The notes under the pieces were generated by a model. The model did not search any database and had not been told where the DNA came from. It saw only the letters and a list, made by a program, of their open reading frames with translations. Positions 20,357 to 29,739 of a stretch of 64,000 nt of DNA are shown piece after piece. Source of the stretch: Candidatus Kuenenbacteria bacterium HGW-Kuenenbacteria-1 (GTDB lineage: Bacteria; Patescibacteriota; Patescibacteriia; UBA2591; PGYQ01); the NCBI GenBank assembly GCA_002839745.1, contig PGYQ01000001.1, positions 16,775-80,774 on the forward strand. The letters run 5' to 3'. The first letter of the stretch is position 1; every line of letters begins with the position of its first letter. The position numbers and the translations under genes were made by a program.

Positions 20357-20417
20357 AAAATTTTAAATTTGTTATTTTCTAAAAACCTAAAAAAGCTAAT
20401 TTCTAATTTCTATTTTT

Positions 20418-21524
20418 ATGTTTTCTCAAACAAAAGAAATTTTTAAAAAAAATATTTTAGTAACAGGAGGAGCTGGATTTATTGGTTCTCATCTTTGTGA
20501 GGAATTATTAAGATTAGAAAATGTTAATATTATTTGTCTAGATAATTTTTTAACCGGTCTTGAATTAAACATTGATCATCTTTTACAATTTCCTAATTTT
20601 GAATTTATTAAACATGATATTATAGAACCTATAAATTTAGAACTTTTTTTGAATTTAAAAAAATTTAAAATAAAATTAGGAGGGATACAAGAAATTTATC
20701 ATTTAGCTTGTCCTGCATCGCCAAAAGAATATCACAATCATTCAATTGAAACTTTATTGGTTAATTCTTTGGGAGTAAAAAACATTTTAGATTTAGCTAT
20801 TAAATATAAAGCTAAATTATTGCATTGTTCTGATGCGGCTATTTATGGTTCATCGCCATCTGATTTTACTCATCATTTTAAAGAAGAAGAAAAAGGTCAC
20901 GTTAATCCTGTAGGATTGCAAAGTTGTTATAATGAAGGAAAAAGATTTTCTGAGGCAATGGTTGCTAATTATCGACGTAAATTTTGTTTTATGCCAAATG
21001 AGGAAAAAATTAAAATAAGTCCAGAAATTTTTGAACAAATAACTCAAAAAGAAAATTTACAAGAAATTATACCATGGGCTAAAATTGTTCGTATTTTTAA
21101 TACTTATGGACCTCGAATGAAATTAGATGATGGAAGAATTATTCCAGATTTAATCAAACAAGCGATTTCAAATGAGCCAATGATGATTATTCAAAGAAAA
21201 GAAGAAGTAACTTCTTTTTGTTATATAGAAGATATAATAACTGGATTAATCAAAATAATGGATTCAAAAATAGAAGGGCCAATTAATTTAGGTGATCCTA
21301 ATATTTGGACAATTGAAGAAATTGCTGAATTAATCATTAAAATAAGTGGTAGTTCTTCTAAAATAATTTATAAAGAACGCCCTGATTATATGAGTCGAAT
21401 AGGTATACCAAATATTGATAAAGCAAAAAAATTATTAGAGTGGTTTCCAGTAATCTCTTTGACTGATGGGTTAATTAAAACTATTGAAATAATGCGCGCT
21501 AGTCGAATATTAAAACCATTTTAA
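20418..21524 (+). CDS. NAD-dependent sugar-nucleotide epimerase/dehydratase (SDR family)
   Basis: VTGGAGFIGSHL Rossmann motif and overall SDR fold; low-complexity internal insertion. Confidence 0.75.
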   Translation: MFSQTKEIFKKNILVTGGAGFIGSHLCEELLRLENVNIICLDNFLTGLELNIDHLLQFPNFEFIKHDIIEPINLELFLNLKKFKIKLGGIQEIYHLACPASPKEYHNHSIETLLVNSLGVKNILDLAIKYKAKLLHCSDAAIYGSSPSDFTHHFKEEEKGHVNPVGLQSCYNEGKRFSEAMVANYRRKFCFMPNEEKIKISPEIFEQITQKENLQEIIPWAKIVRIFNTYGPRMKLDDGRIIPDLIKQAISNEPMMIIQRKEEVTSFCYIEDIITGLIKIMDSKIEGPINLGDPNIWTIEEIAELIIKISGSSSKIIYKERPDYMSRIGIPNIDKAKKLLEWFPVISLTDGLIKTIEIMRASRILKPF

Positions 21525-21565
21525 ATTTTATAATTTCTAATTTCTTTTTTTTAAAAAGTTATTTT

Positions 21566-22120
21566 ATGTTTGAAATACGTATTCATGGTCGAGGTGGACA
21601 GGGAGCAAAATCATCTGCTCAATTTATTGCCGAAGCGGCCTTAAAAGAAGGAAAATTTATTCAAGCTTTTTCTGAATATGGACCTGAACGATCAGGCGCT
21701 CCTGTTGTTGCTTATGTCCGAATTTCTGATCAAGAAATTAAAACTCATGAACCTGTGATTTGTCCAAGTGTTATTTTGGTTTTAGATGAAACTTTAATAA
21801 AAGCCGTTGATGTAGCTAAGGGATTAAAGAAAGATGGAATTTTAATAATTAATTCATCAAAAAATGCTGATGTTCAATTTCGTCATCTTTTTCAAAATAT
21901 AAAAATTTTAGATGCTTCAAGTATTGCTTTAGAATTTATTGGAAAAGACAAACCCAATACTGCAATGTTGGGCGCATTGGTCAAAATAACGCAAGTAGTA
22001 AAATTAGAAAATTTAATTAAGGTAATTAAAAAACATTTTTTAATTAAAGTGGGGGAGCAAGGTGCTAAAGCAAATATAACAGCAGTAAAGAAAGGATACT
22101 TAAGAAATTATAAATTATGA
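21566..22120 (+). CDS. porC: Pyruvate:ferredoxin oxidoreductase gamma subunit
   Basis: MFEIRIHGRGGQGAKSSAQFIAEAALKEGKFIQAFSEYGPERSGAP matches PorG/PorC N-terminus. Confidence 0.85.
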   Translation: MFEIRIHGRGGQGAKSSAQFIAEAALKEGKFIQAFSEYGPERSGAPVVAYVRISDQEIKTHEPVICPSVILVLDETLIKAVDVAKGLKKDGILIINSSKNADVQFRHLFQNIKILDASSIALEFIGKDKPNTAMLGALVKITQVVKLENLIKVIKKHFLIKVGEQGAKANITAVKKGYLRNYKL

Positions 22121-22149
22121 ATTATAAATTAAATCGTAAATCTAAAATT

Positions 22150-22416
22150 ATGACAAAAAAAACAAAACAAAATTTAATTGGAGGAGTAATTGACAAACCA
22201 GGTTCTTCAAAAGAATGCAAAACAGGAGAATGGAAAACATTTTGTCCGATTTGGAATAAGGAAAAATGTATTCATTGTTTGCAATGCGTTCAATTTTGTC
22301 CAGAAAATTGTATTCCTGTTAAAAATAATAAACGATTAAAAACAAATTTAGACTATTGTAAGGGTTGTGGTATTTGCGCTCAAGTCTGTCCAATTAAAAT
22401 TATTAAAATGAAATAA
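22150..22416 (+). CDS. porD: Pyruvate:ferredoxin oxidoreductase delta subunit (2x[4Fe-4S] ferredoxin)
   Basis: CIHCLQCVQFCPENC and CKGCGICAQVCP cluster motifs; start taken at ATG 22150. Confidence 0.8.
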   Translation: MTKKTKQNLIGGVIDKPGSSKECKTGEWKTFCPIWNKEKCIHCLQCVQFCPENCIPVKNNKRLKTNLDYCKGCGICAQVCPIKIIKMK

Positions 22417-22420
22417 ATTT

Positions 22421-22948
22421 ATGGAAACAATTTTAAATAATGAAAAAGAAAGTGAGTTTAAAGAAGCAAGAGAAATAGCAGTAAAATTTTTTTTGGAAAA
22501 ATTAGGTTTGATTAAAGAATTTAAAGAATTAATAGAAGTTGGGGAGACAACAATAATTAAAGAAGCTGATGTAATTATTTATCAAAATAGTAATAAAAAT
22601 TTAGTAGAAAATATTAGATTAAAAAACATAGAAATGCCTTTTGAAATAGGATTGGGGGATATAGAAGATAGAAAAATAGACAAAACTCATCTTTCTATTG
22701 TGATAGAAGTAGAAGAAAAATTAAAACAAGCAATTCGCGTAAATATATCAGGTTTATTATGGTTAGATAAAAATAAAAAAATAAATCTTGCATTTAATAG
22801 AGAGGAATATGAGAAATCATTATTAGGGTTGCTTGATGCTAAATATTTTCAAGAAACATTAAATCGTTATGAAATTGAAAAATTATGGATGTGCGGAGAA
22901 AAAGAAAATAAAGAAATTTTTGAAAGAATGAAAATTAAATATTTTTAA
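22421..22948 (+). CDS. Hypothetical 175-aa protein inserted between porD and porA
   Basis: No recognisable motif beyond a weak D...EVEEK (possible PD-(D/E)xK-like) arrangement; Glu/Lys rich. Confidence 0.4.
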   Translation: METILNNEKESEFKEAREIAVKFFLEKLGLIKEFKELIEVGETTIIKEADVIIYQNSNKNLVENIRLKNIEMPFEIGLGDIEDRKIDKTHLSIVIEVEEKLKQAIRVNISGLLWLDKNKKINLAFNREEYEKSLLGLLDAKYFQETLNRYEIEKLWMCGEKENKEIFERMKIKYF

Positions 22949-22956
22949 AAATATAA

Positions 22957-24120
22957 ATGAAAAATGAAAAAATAAAATTAAATATTAAAGCATTGACTGG
23001 AGCTGAGGCTGTGGCTGAAGCAATGAGACAAATAAATCCCAGCGTTGTTTCTATTTATCCAATTACTCCTCAAACACCTATTATAGAAAAATTTAGTAAA
23101 TTTGTGGCTAATGGATTGGTTGATTCAGAAATAATTACTGTTGAATCTGAGCATTCAGCAATGAGTGCAGTTGTAGGAGCTCAAGCCAGTGGAGTACGAG
23201 CAATGACTGCCACTTCTTCGCAGGGGTTAGCTTTAATGTGGGAAATTCTTGGAATAGCTAGTGGTTTACGTTTACCAATTGTGATGCCAGTAGTTAATCG
23301 AGCTTTGTCAGCGCCATTAAATATTCATTGCGATCATTCTGATTCAATGGGTTGTCGAGATTTTGGTTGGATACAAATTTATTCAGAAAATAATCAAGAG
23401 GCTTATGAAAATATTTTATTAGCAATGAAAGTGGCTGAGCAAGTAAAATTGCCAGCTATGGTCATGCAGGATGGATTTATTACTTCACATTGCGTGGAAG
23501 CAGTAAAAATTTTACCAGATAAAATTGTTCAAAAATTTTTAGAAAAATATCAGCCAGCGTATTCATTATTAGATATAAAGAATCCTATTACTGTTGGTTC
23601 ATTTATTTCACAGCCATGTTTTTTTGAAATAAAATGTCAGCAAATCAAAGCTATGGAACAAGTGAAAAAAGTTTATTTACAAACTGGAAAAGAATTTTCA
23701 AGAATTACTAAACGAAAATATGAATATTTTGAAAAATATAAATTAGATGATGCTGAGTATGGAATTGTTGTGATGAGTTCTACAGCTGGTACAGTTAAGG
23801 CAGTGGTTGATAAAATGCGAAGTATAGGGTTTAAAGTGGGATTATTAAAACCAATTTTATTTAGGCCATTTCCTTATCAAGAGATAGCGCAAGCCTTAGC
23901 GCATCTTAAAGCAGTTGCCATTTTAGATCGTTCAGTTTCTGTAGGAGCTTTCCCTCCGCTTTACAGCGAAATTGTCAATTGTCAATTGTTAAATGTTAAA
24001 TGTCAAAGTTATATTTTTGGTTTGGGCGGGCAAGATATTTTTGAAAAAGATATTGAAAAAGTTTTTATGGATTTGTTAAATAAAAAAATTAATAAGAAAG
24101 AAATTAAATATATTAAGTAA
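22957..24120 (+). CDS. porA: Pyruvate:ferredoxin oxidoreductase alpha subunit
   Basis: 387 aa, position after porD; contains in-frame heptamer repeat near C-terminus (VNCQLLNVKCQSY). Confidence 0.85.
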   Translation: MKNEKIKLNIKALTGAEAVAEAMRQINPSVVSIYPITPQTPIIEKFSKFVANGLVDSEIITVESEHSAMSAVVGAQASGVRAMTATSSQGLALMWEILGIASGLRLPIVMPVVNRALSAPLNIHCDHSDSMGCRDFGWIQIYSENNQEAYENILLAMKVAEQVKLPAMVMQDGFITSHCVEAVKILPDKIVQKFLEKYQPAYSLLDIKNPITVGSFISQPCFFEIKCQQIKAMEQVKKVYLQTGKEFSRITKRKYEYFEKYKLDDAEYGIVVMSSTAGTVKAVVDKMRSIGFKVGLLKPILFRPFPYQEIAQALAHLKAVAILDRSVSVGAFPPLYSEIVNCQLLNVKCQSYIFGLGGQDIFEKDIEKVFMDLLNKKINKKEIKYIK

Positions 24121-24202
24121 TTATAAATCAAAAACCTGTAACTAGTAATTAGCACAGAAATTAAAATAATTATAATTTTCTAAAAATAGAAAACTAATTT
24201 AT

Positions 24203-25126
24203 ATGGATTTAAAAATATTAACTCAAAAAATTCAAGAACAAAATCGTTTTGTTTGTGGACATCGGACGTGCGCTGGTTGCGCTATTCCAATTATTGTTAG
24301 AACAATTTTGTCTGCCAGTAAAGATCCAGTGGTTGTTGTAAGCGCTACTGGTTGTCTTGAAATAGTTTCTAGCGTTTATCCTCAAACATCGTGGAATGTT
24401 CCATGGATGCACAATGCTTTTGAAAATACTTCTGCGACAATTTCTGGAATTGAATGTGCCTATTCTTTTTTAAAGAAAAAAGGGAAATTAAAAAAGAAAA
24501 TAAATTTTGTTGTTTTTGGCGGAGATGGCGGAACCTATGACATTGGATTGCAATCTTTGTCTGGCGCTTTGGAACGAGGGCATAATTTTGTTTATGTTTG
24601 CTATGACAATGAAGCCTATATGAATACTGGAAATCAACGATCTTCTTCAACGCCATATGGCGCGAGCACGACTACTACGCCAGAAGGAAAAACACATCAT
24701 GGGAAAGAAGTTTTTAAAAAAGATTTAATTAAAATTGTTGCGGCTCATAATATTCCTTATGTTGCTCAATCCGCTGTTCATTATTGGTCTGATTTATATC
24801 AAAAAGCTGAAAAGGCTTTTCAAGTTAATGGTCCGGCAGTGTTAAATGTTTTTTCGCCTTGTCAATTAAATTGGAAATTTCCTTGTGATTTAACAATTCA
24901 AATTTCAAAAATGGCTGTTGAAACTTGTTTGTGGCCTTTGTATGAAATAGAAAATAAACAATATAAATTAAATTATCAACCAAGAGAAAAGTTGCCAGTT
25001 GAAGAATTTTTAAAAATGCAAAAAAGATTCTCCCATCTTTTCAAACCAGAAAATAAAAAAATTATTAAAACAATCCAAGAGAAAGTGGATGAGAAATGGG
25101 AGGAGTTAAGAAATTATAAATTATAA
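24203..25126 (+). CDS. porB: Pyruvate:ferredoxin oxidoreductase beta subunit (TPP-binding)
   Basis: GHRTCAGCAIP and GGDGGTYDIG TPP motifs. Confidence 0.85.
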   Translation: MDLKILTQKIQEQNRFVCGHRTCAGCAIPIIVRTILSASKDPVVVVSATGCLEIVSSVYPQTSWNVPWMHNAFENTSATISGIECAYSFLKKKGKLKKKINFVVFGGDGGTYDIGLQSLSGALERGHNFVYVCYDNEAYMNTGNQRSSSTPYGASTTTTPEGKTHHGKEVFKKDLIKIVAAHNIPYVAQSAVHYWSDLYQKAEKAFQVNGPAVLNVFSPCQLNWKFPCDLTIQISKMAVETCLWPLYEIENKQYKLNYQPREKLPVEEFLKMQKRFSHLFKPENKKIIKTIQEKVDEKWEELRNYKL

Positions 25127-25340
25127 ATTAAGAAACCCCCTTAATCCCCCTTATCAGGGGGACAGAATTGATTAGCCCCTTCGATAAAGAAGTTGGGGAT
25201 TTAATTAGCCCCCTTGATAAAGGGGGTTGGGGGATTTCTTAAAGACAAAAGAAACCCCCTTAATCCCCTTTATCAGGGAGACTTTACGGAAGAAGGATTT
25301 TCAAAATTATTTTTATTTTTTGTAGAACATCCCAACCGTA
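25127..25340. repeat. Cluster of GC-rich palindromic repeats (aaaccccYttaatcYccYttatcagggRgac and attagcccccttgataaagggggttggggg families)
   Basis: Three or more hairpin units; shares tttttatttttttgtagaacatcc block and the tcccYttRtcagggagac unit with 28440-28556; unit also found in-frame at 39436-39476. Confidence 0.65.
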
Positions 25341-25411
25341 TTAGCTATCCTTGCTAAAATTGTAAAAGCTAGTTTAATATCAATTTAAAATTTAAAATTC
25401 ATAATTATTTT

Positions 25412-27022
25412 ATGTACCTCCCAATTATTGGATTAGAAATCCATATACAATTAAAAACCAAATCTAAAATGTTTTGCAGTTGTGATAATTCTGGAGAAAA
25501 TCAACCTCCAAACACAACAATTTGTCCTGTTTGTATGGGATTTCCTGGATCTTTGCCCGTGATAAATAGACAAGCTGTAGAATGGACTATTTTAATGGGT
25601 TTGGCTTTGGATGGAAAAATTGCTGAATTTTCTAAATTTGATCGTAAAAATTATTTTTATCCTGATTTGCCAAAAGGCTATCAGATTTCACAATACGATT
25701 TTCCATTTGTGCAAAATGGATATTTAATTATCCCTGATTTGAATAAAAAAATTCGAATCAATCGGATTCATTTGGAAGAGGATGCGGCGAAATTACAACA
25801 TTCTCAAAATAAAAAATATAGTTTAGTGGATTTTAATCGATCTAGTACGCCATTAATGGAAGTTGTTACTGAGCCAGATTTTAGAACTTCACAAGAAGCA
25901 AAAAATTTTTTGCAAGAATTGAGACTAATTGCGCGTTATCAAGAAATTTCAGATGCTGATATGGAAAAAGGACATTTGCGATGTGATGCCAATATTTCAT
26001 TGATGCCTTTGAAAGAATTGGATGGTATAAATGATTTTGACGCGAAAAAATTTTTAGATAAACTTTATCCGAAAACCGAAATAAAAAATTTAAATTCTTT
26101 TAAGGCAGTTGAGAAAGCATTGGAATATGAAATACGAAGACAAACAAAATTATGGGAGCAAAAGAATCCTCCCAAAGAACAAACAACGCGTGGTTGGGAT
26201 GAAAACAAAGAAATTACAGTAGAACAACGGACAAAAGAGGAAGCACATGATTATCGTTATTTTCCAGAACCGGATTTACCTCCGTTATACATTAAAGAAA
26301 AAAAAGATGATACAAATGATTCATCAAAAATAATTTTAGAACAAATACGATTACAATTAAAAGAATTACCGCAACAAAAAAGAATAAGATTTATGGAAGA
26401 ATATGGATTTACTTTAGATGAAGTAAAAATTTTGACAGAAAATTGCGCCTTATCTTATTACACCGAACAAGTGATTTCTGAATTAAGAGAATGGTTTTTT
26501 TCTTTTGATAAAATTCAAGAAAAACAAAGAGAAAAAGTATGGCAGGAAAATAAAGAAAAATTGCATAAATTAGCGGCAAGTTGGCTAATAAATCGTTTGG
26601 CAAAATATTTATCCAATACGAAAATTAAAATTCCTATTTGTCTTTCTAAAAACGATTTAGAATTTTGGAAAAAACAATCATTAAAAATTTCTCCGGAAAA
26701 TTTTGCCGAGTTATTATGTTTAATTTATAAAAATAAAATTAATCAAATTAATGCGCAAAAAGTTTTAGAAAAAATGTTTAAAACAGGTGCTGATCCATCA
26801 GACATTATGCGAGAACAAGGATTGGAACAGGTGAGTGATGAGATAGAATTAGAAAATTTAGTTAAGAAAGTAATTGAAAATAATTTGGAAATTGTTAAGG
26901 AATATAAAAATGGCAAAGAAAGTGTTTTACAATTTTTAATTGGGCAAGCAATGAAAGAATCAAAAGGCAAAGCCAATCCGCAGATTATAATGGAAATTTT
27001 GAAGAAGATAATAATATTATAA
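25412..27022 (+). CDS. gatB: Asp-tRNA(Asn)/Glu-tRNA(Gln) amidotransferase subunit B
   Basis: MYLPIIGLEIHIQL...CSCDN...PGSLPV N-terminal signature; C-terminal GatB/YqeY domain; 536 aa with insertions. Confidence 0.9.
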   Translation: MYLPIIGLEIHIQLKTKSKMFCSCDNSGENQPPNTTICPVCMGFPGSLPVINRQAVEWTILMGLALDGKIAEFSKFDRKNYFYPDLPKGYQISQYDFPFVQNGYLIIPDLNKKIRINRIHLEEDAAKLQHSQNKKYSLVDFNRSSTPLMEVVTEPDFRTSQEAKNFLQELRLIARYQEISDADMEKGHLRCDANISLMPLKELDGINDFDAKKFLDKLYPKTEIKNLNSFKAVEKALEYEIRRQTKLWEQKNPPKEQTTRGWDENKEITVEQRTKEEAHDYRYFPEPDLPPLYIKEKKDDTNDSSKIILEQIRLQLKELPQQKRIRFMEEYGFTLDEVKILTENCALSYYTEQVISELREWFFSFDKIQEKQREKVWQENKEKLHKLAASWLINRLAKYLSNTKIKIPICLSKNDLEFWKKQSLKISPENFAELLCLIYKNKINQINAQKVLEKMFKTGADPSDIMREQGLEQVSDEIELENLVKKVIENNLEIVKEYKNGKESVLQFLIGQAMKESKGKANPQIIMEILKKIIIL

Positions 27023-27982
27023 AAAATTTGCAATTAATTTTTCAGATTGTTTTTGATTGGAAATCCAATTAATTCGATCGTCTTTTTTAAACCATGTCAT
27101 TTGACGACGAGCATAGCGACGTGTATCGCGTTTAATTAATTCAATTGTCTCATCTAAATTTATTTCATTTCGTAAATACATACCCATTTGTTTATAACCA
27201 ATTCCGCTCATACTTTGTAAATTCCAATTATATTTTTTTGCTAATTCAGTAACTTCTTTTATTAATCCATCTTTAATCATTTGATCAACTCTTTGATTAA
27301 TTTTTTCTAATAATTTTTTTCGATTAGTTTTTATACCTAATTGTAAAACTCTAAATAAGGGTTTATTTTTTTGTCTTTGTTGAGAAAAAAGTTTTCCTTT
27401 AGATAAGCAAACTTCCAAAGCTCTAATAATTCGACGAGCATTATTTTTTTGGACAAATTTTTCAGTTTCAGGATCTAATTTTAATAATTTTTGATAAACT
27501 TTTTCTATACCATATTTTTTAATTTCATTTTCTATTTTTTCTCTTAATTTCGTATTTGGCGGAACTTTAGGAATTTGAAAATTATTAATAATACTAGAAA
27601 TATAAAGTCCAGTGCCACCAACTAGAAATGGTATTTTGCCTTGTTTTTGGATATTTTTAATAATTTTAATTGTCATTTTTTTATATTTAGCCAAACTAAA
27701 TTCTTTATTAGGATTAATAATGTCAATCATATAATGTGGAATGTTGTTGATTATTTGAACTTTGTTGTTTAAACTTTTTACTTTTAATTCTTTGACTTCA
27801 TTTAGACTAAGTTTTTTATTTTTAATTTTATTGGTTCCAATATTCATTTTTTTATAAATTTGTCGCGAATCTGCTGAGACAATCTCGCCATTAAATTTTT
27901 TGGCCAATTTTAAAGCTAACTCGCTTTTACCAGAAGCAGTAGGGCCTAAAATAACAATTAATTGTGGTTTTTTTCTTAACAT
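27017..27982 (-). CDS. miaA: tRNA dimethylallyltransferase
   Basis: LIVILGPTASGKSELALKLAKKF P-loop and SADSRQIYK motif; 3' end overlaps gatB by 6 bp (convergent). Confidence 0.9.
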   Translation of the reverse strand: MLRKKPQLIVILGPTASGKSELALKLAKKFNGEIVSADSRQIYKKMNIGTNKIKNKKLSLNEVKELKVKSLNNKVQIINNIPHYMIDIINPNKEFSLAKYKKMTIKIIKNIQKQGKIPFLVGGTGLYISSIINNFQIPKVPPNTKLREKIENEIKKYGIEKVYQKLLKLDPETEKFVQKNNARRIIRALEVCLSKGKLFSQQRQKNKPLFRVLQLGIKTNRKKLLEKINQRVDQMIKDGLIKEVTELAKKYNWNLQSMSGIGYKQMGMYLRNEINLDETIELIKRDTRRYARRQMTWFKKDDRINWISNQKQSEKLIANFL

Positions 27983-27999
27983 ATTTTTGTATTTAAAAT

Positions 28000-28650
28000 T
28001 ATATTGTTATTTTATTACATTTTAATTTAAAAATCTAATTAAAAGACTGACTGTGGGCGATTACATGGAATCGGCCTACAGGATTTTCCATTGAATTTTT
28101 TTACCATTTTGTAGGGGCGGGTTTTATGCCCGCCCTTTTTTTAGAGACCCTACGTAAAATTGTGTCTGATATAATAAAAATTATTATTGACGTATCCGTA
28201 GGGGCGTACCCTTGCGTACGCCCAGAAATAAAAAACAAATAATTTAATTTAATGGGAAATTTTGTAGGGGCGTATTACAATACGCCCCTACAAAATGCAA
28301 ATTGTTATGCAATACAATTCCGAAATTTTTTTCCTTTTCTTCCTTGCTTCTTTTCTTTTGCTTCTTCTTTTTAGCTAATTTTAGCTACTAGTCCATAGAC
28401 TGTTCTATGGACTAAGAAATTTTATTCCATTCTAAATTCTATTTTTTATTTTTTGTAGAACATCCTAATTGTAGAGTAGTGGGGTAGATGAGAGCCTCTG
28501 CTCTCATCTTTTCAGAAATTAAGAAACCCTCTAAATCTCCCTTGTCAGGGAGACTTTTTAGTAAATATAAAATGCTAAATTGTGTTAAATTATGTTGACA
28601 ATTATGTTAAATTGTGTTTGTAGTTTTTATTATTTTAGATTAAAATATAA
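28000..28650. repeat. Gene-free, GC-enriched region packed with palindromic repeat elements
   Basis: Hairpins gggcgggttttatgcccgccc, gggcgtacccttgcgtacgccc, ttttgtaggggcgtattacaatacgcccctacaaaa (15-bp stem), tagtccatagactgttctatggacta, gatgagagcctctgctctcatc, tctcccttgtcagggaga; copy A of the dispersed motif at 28144-28182. Confidence 0.65.
28144..28182 (+). repeat. Dispersed motif copy A (gagaccctacgtaaaattgtgtctgatataataaaaatt)
   Basis: Matches copies at 37511, 56161, 59804 and inverted copy at 37620. Confidence 0.7.
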
Positions 28651-28715
28651 ATGACTTGTGCGTATTTTTTCATTTTAAACGCACCAAACTAAAGTCAAAA
28701 GGAGGTGACAAAGAA

Positions 28716-29285
28716 ATGAAAAGGGTAATAATGACAATAGTCGTAATAATACTATCTGCTCAGGCAAGAGCAGACAGTATGTTATTTACGACTGACTGGG
28801 TAAGTGGAACCCAGTCGGTTTCCGGTGGCGGTATAGAGTTTAATTGTACCGTCACTGTCGACCCCAGCTCCACGGAAGGATGCTGGGGTGTGGATTTTTA
28901 TGGGAGTTTTGAAGGGCTAACAAACCTTCAATTTCCCATATCAGCGTTTTGCGTTCAGAGCAAAACGCTTTTCGGGATTGGGAATTTATGGGTCCCACCC
29001 GGAAATTCTTTCACATTTTCGTACGAGATGCCTAACTCGTATGAGGCCGTAAGAGGGACCGCCACCTCTTACGCATATGTTCCTGTTCCTATAGGCTTTA
29101 CTCCTGGGTTAATAGACCTAGGGGTTGAGGACTCAGATTCTATTTGGGTCCCTCGATTGCGACCTGTTGGGCAACCACCTAGTGGCAATGCTGTTCCCGA
29201 GCCATGTACAATGGCTCTACTGGGAATAGGCACGGTTGGCTTAGTGGGTCTTAGACAAAAAGGGGGCAGGATAGGCGCTAAATAA
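28716..29285 (+). CDS. Secreted PEP-CTERM-anchored protein, G+C-rich (foreign composition)
   Basis: Strong SD aaggaggtg 8 nt upstream; signal peptide MKRVIMTIVVIILSAQARA; C-terminal VPEP-CTMALLGIGTVGLVGL-RQKGGR is a PEP-CTERM sorting signal; visibly higher G+C than flanks. Confidence 0.6.
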   Translation: MKRVIMTIVVIILSAQARADSMLFTTDWVSGTQSVSGGGIEFNCTVTVDPSSTEGCWGVDFYGSFEGLTNLQFPISAFCVQSKTLFGIGNLWVPPGNSFTFSYEMPNSYEAVRGTATSYAYVPVPIGFTPGLIDLGVEDSDSIWVPRLRPVGQPPSGNAVPEPCTMALLGIGTVGLVGLRQKGGRIGAK

Positions 29286-29290
29286 AAAAA

Positions 29291-29385
29291 CCTCACCATA
29301 TGTGAGGCAAAGGAGGTGATTTTTATTTAAAAAAAGAAGAAAAAATACACGTAGAGAGAAATTCTCCCCAATCTCTACGTGTATT
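29291..29385. terminator. Bidirectional terminator pair between convergent genes
   Basis: cctcaccatatgtgagg hairpin and 14-bp-stem hairpin aatacacgtagaga-N14-tctctacgtgtatt. Confidence 0.55.
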
Positions 29386-29395
29386 AAATTAATAA

Positions 29396-29677
29396 TTAGG
29401 AAAAAAAATCTTCTTCTTTTATATCTGTTACTTTTTGTTCTACTGGATCTATATCTGTTACTTTTTGTTTTAAAGAATCTATATTTTTAAGAATTTCCTC
29501 TAAATTTTTTGCTAAATCATTTAACTCACTCCCACTAAGAGTTTTAAGATTTTCAAGAGTAAATTCATTTTTTTTAATAAAATCTTTAATTATTTTATTA
29601 AAATCTTTAGTGTCAACAATATTATTTTGTTCCCATAAAAGATTGTAACGTTGTCTTTGTTGTTCCTCTTCAGTCAT
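29396..29677 (-). CDS. Hypothetical small acidic coiled-coil protein
   Basis: 93 aa; internal DNA tandem repeat encodes KVTDIDPVEQKVTDIKEED. Confidence 0.35.
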   Translation of the reverse strand: MTEEEQQRQRYNLLWEQNNIVDTKDFNKIIKDFIKKNEFTLENLKTLSGSELNDLAKNLEEILKNIDSLKQKVTDIDPVEQKVTDIKEEDFFS

Positions 29678-29739
29678 ATAAAATATTTTTTTAAAAATAA
29701 AATTATTTTAATAATAACAATTTTTTAAAAAAAGTCAAG

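Noticed and set aside
22421-22948. PD-(D/E)xK nuclease assignment for the por-operon insert ORF
   Set aside because: Only a weak D...EVEEK spacing; insufficient to call a family. Kept as hypothetical.
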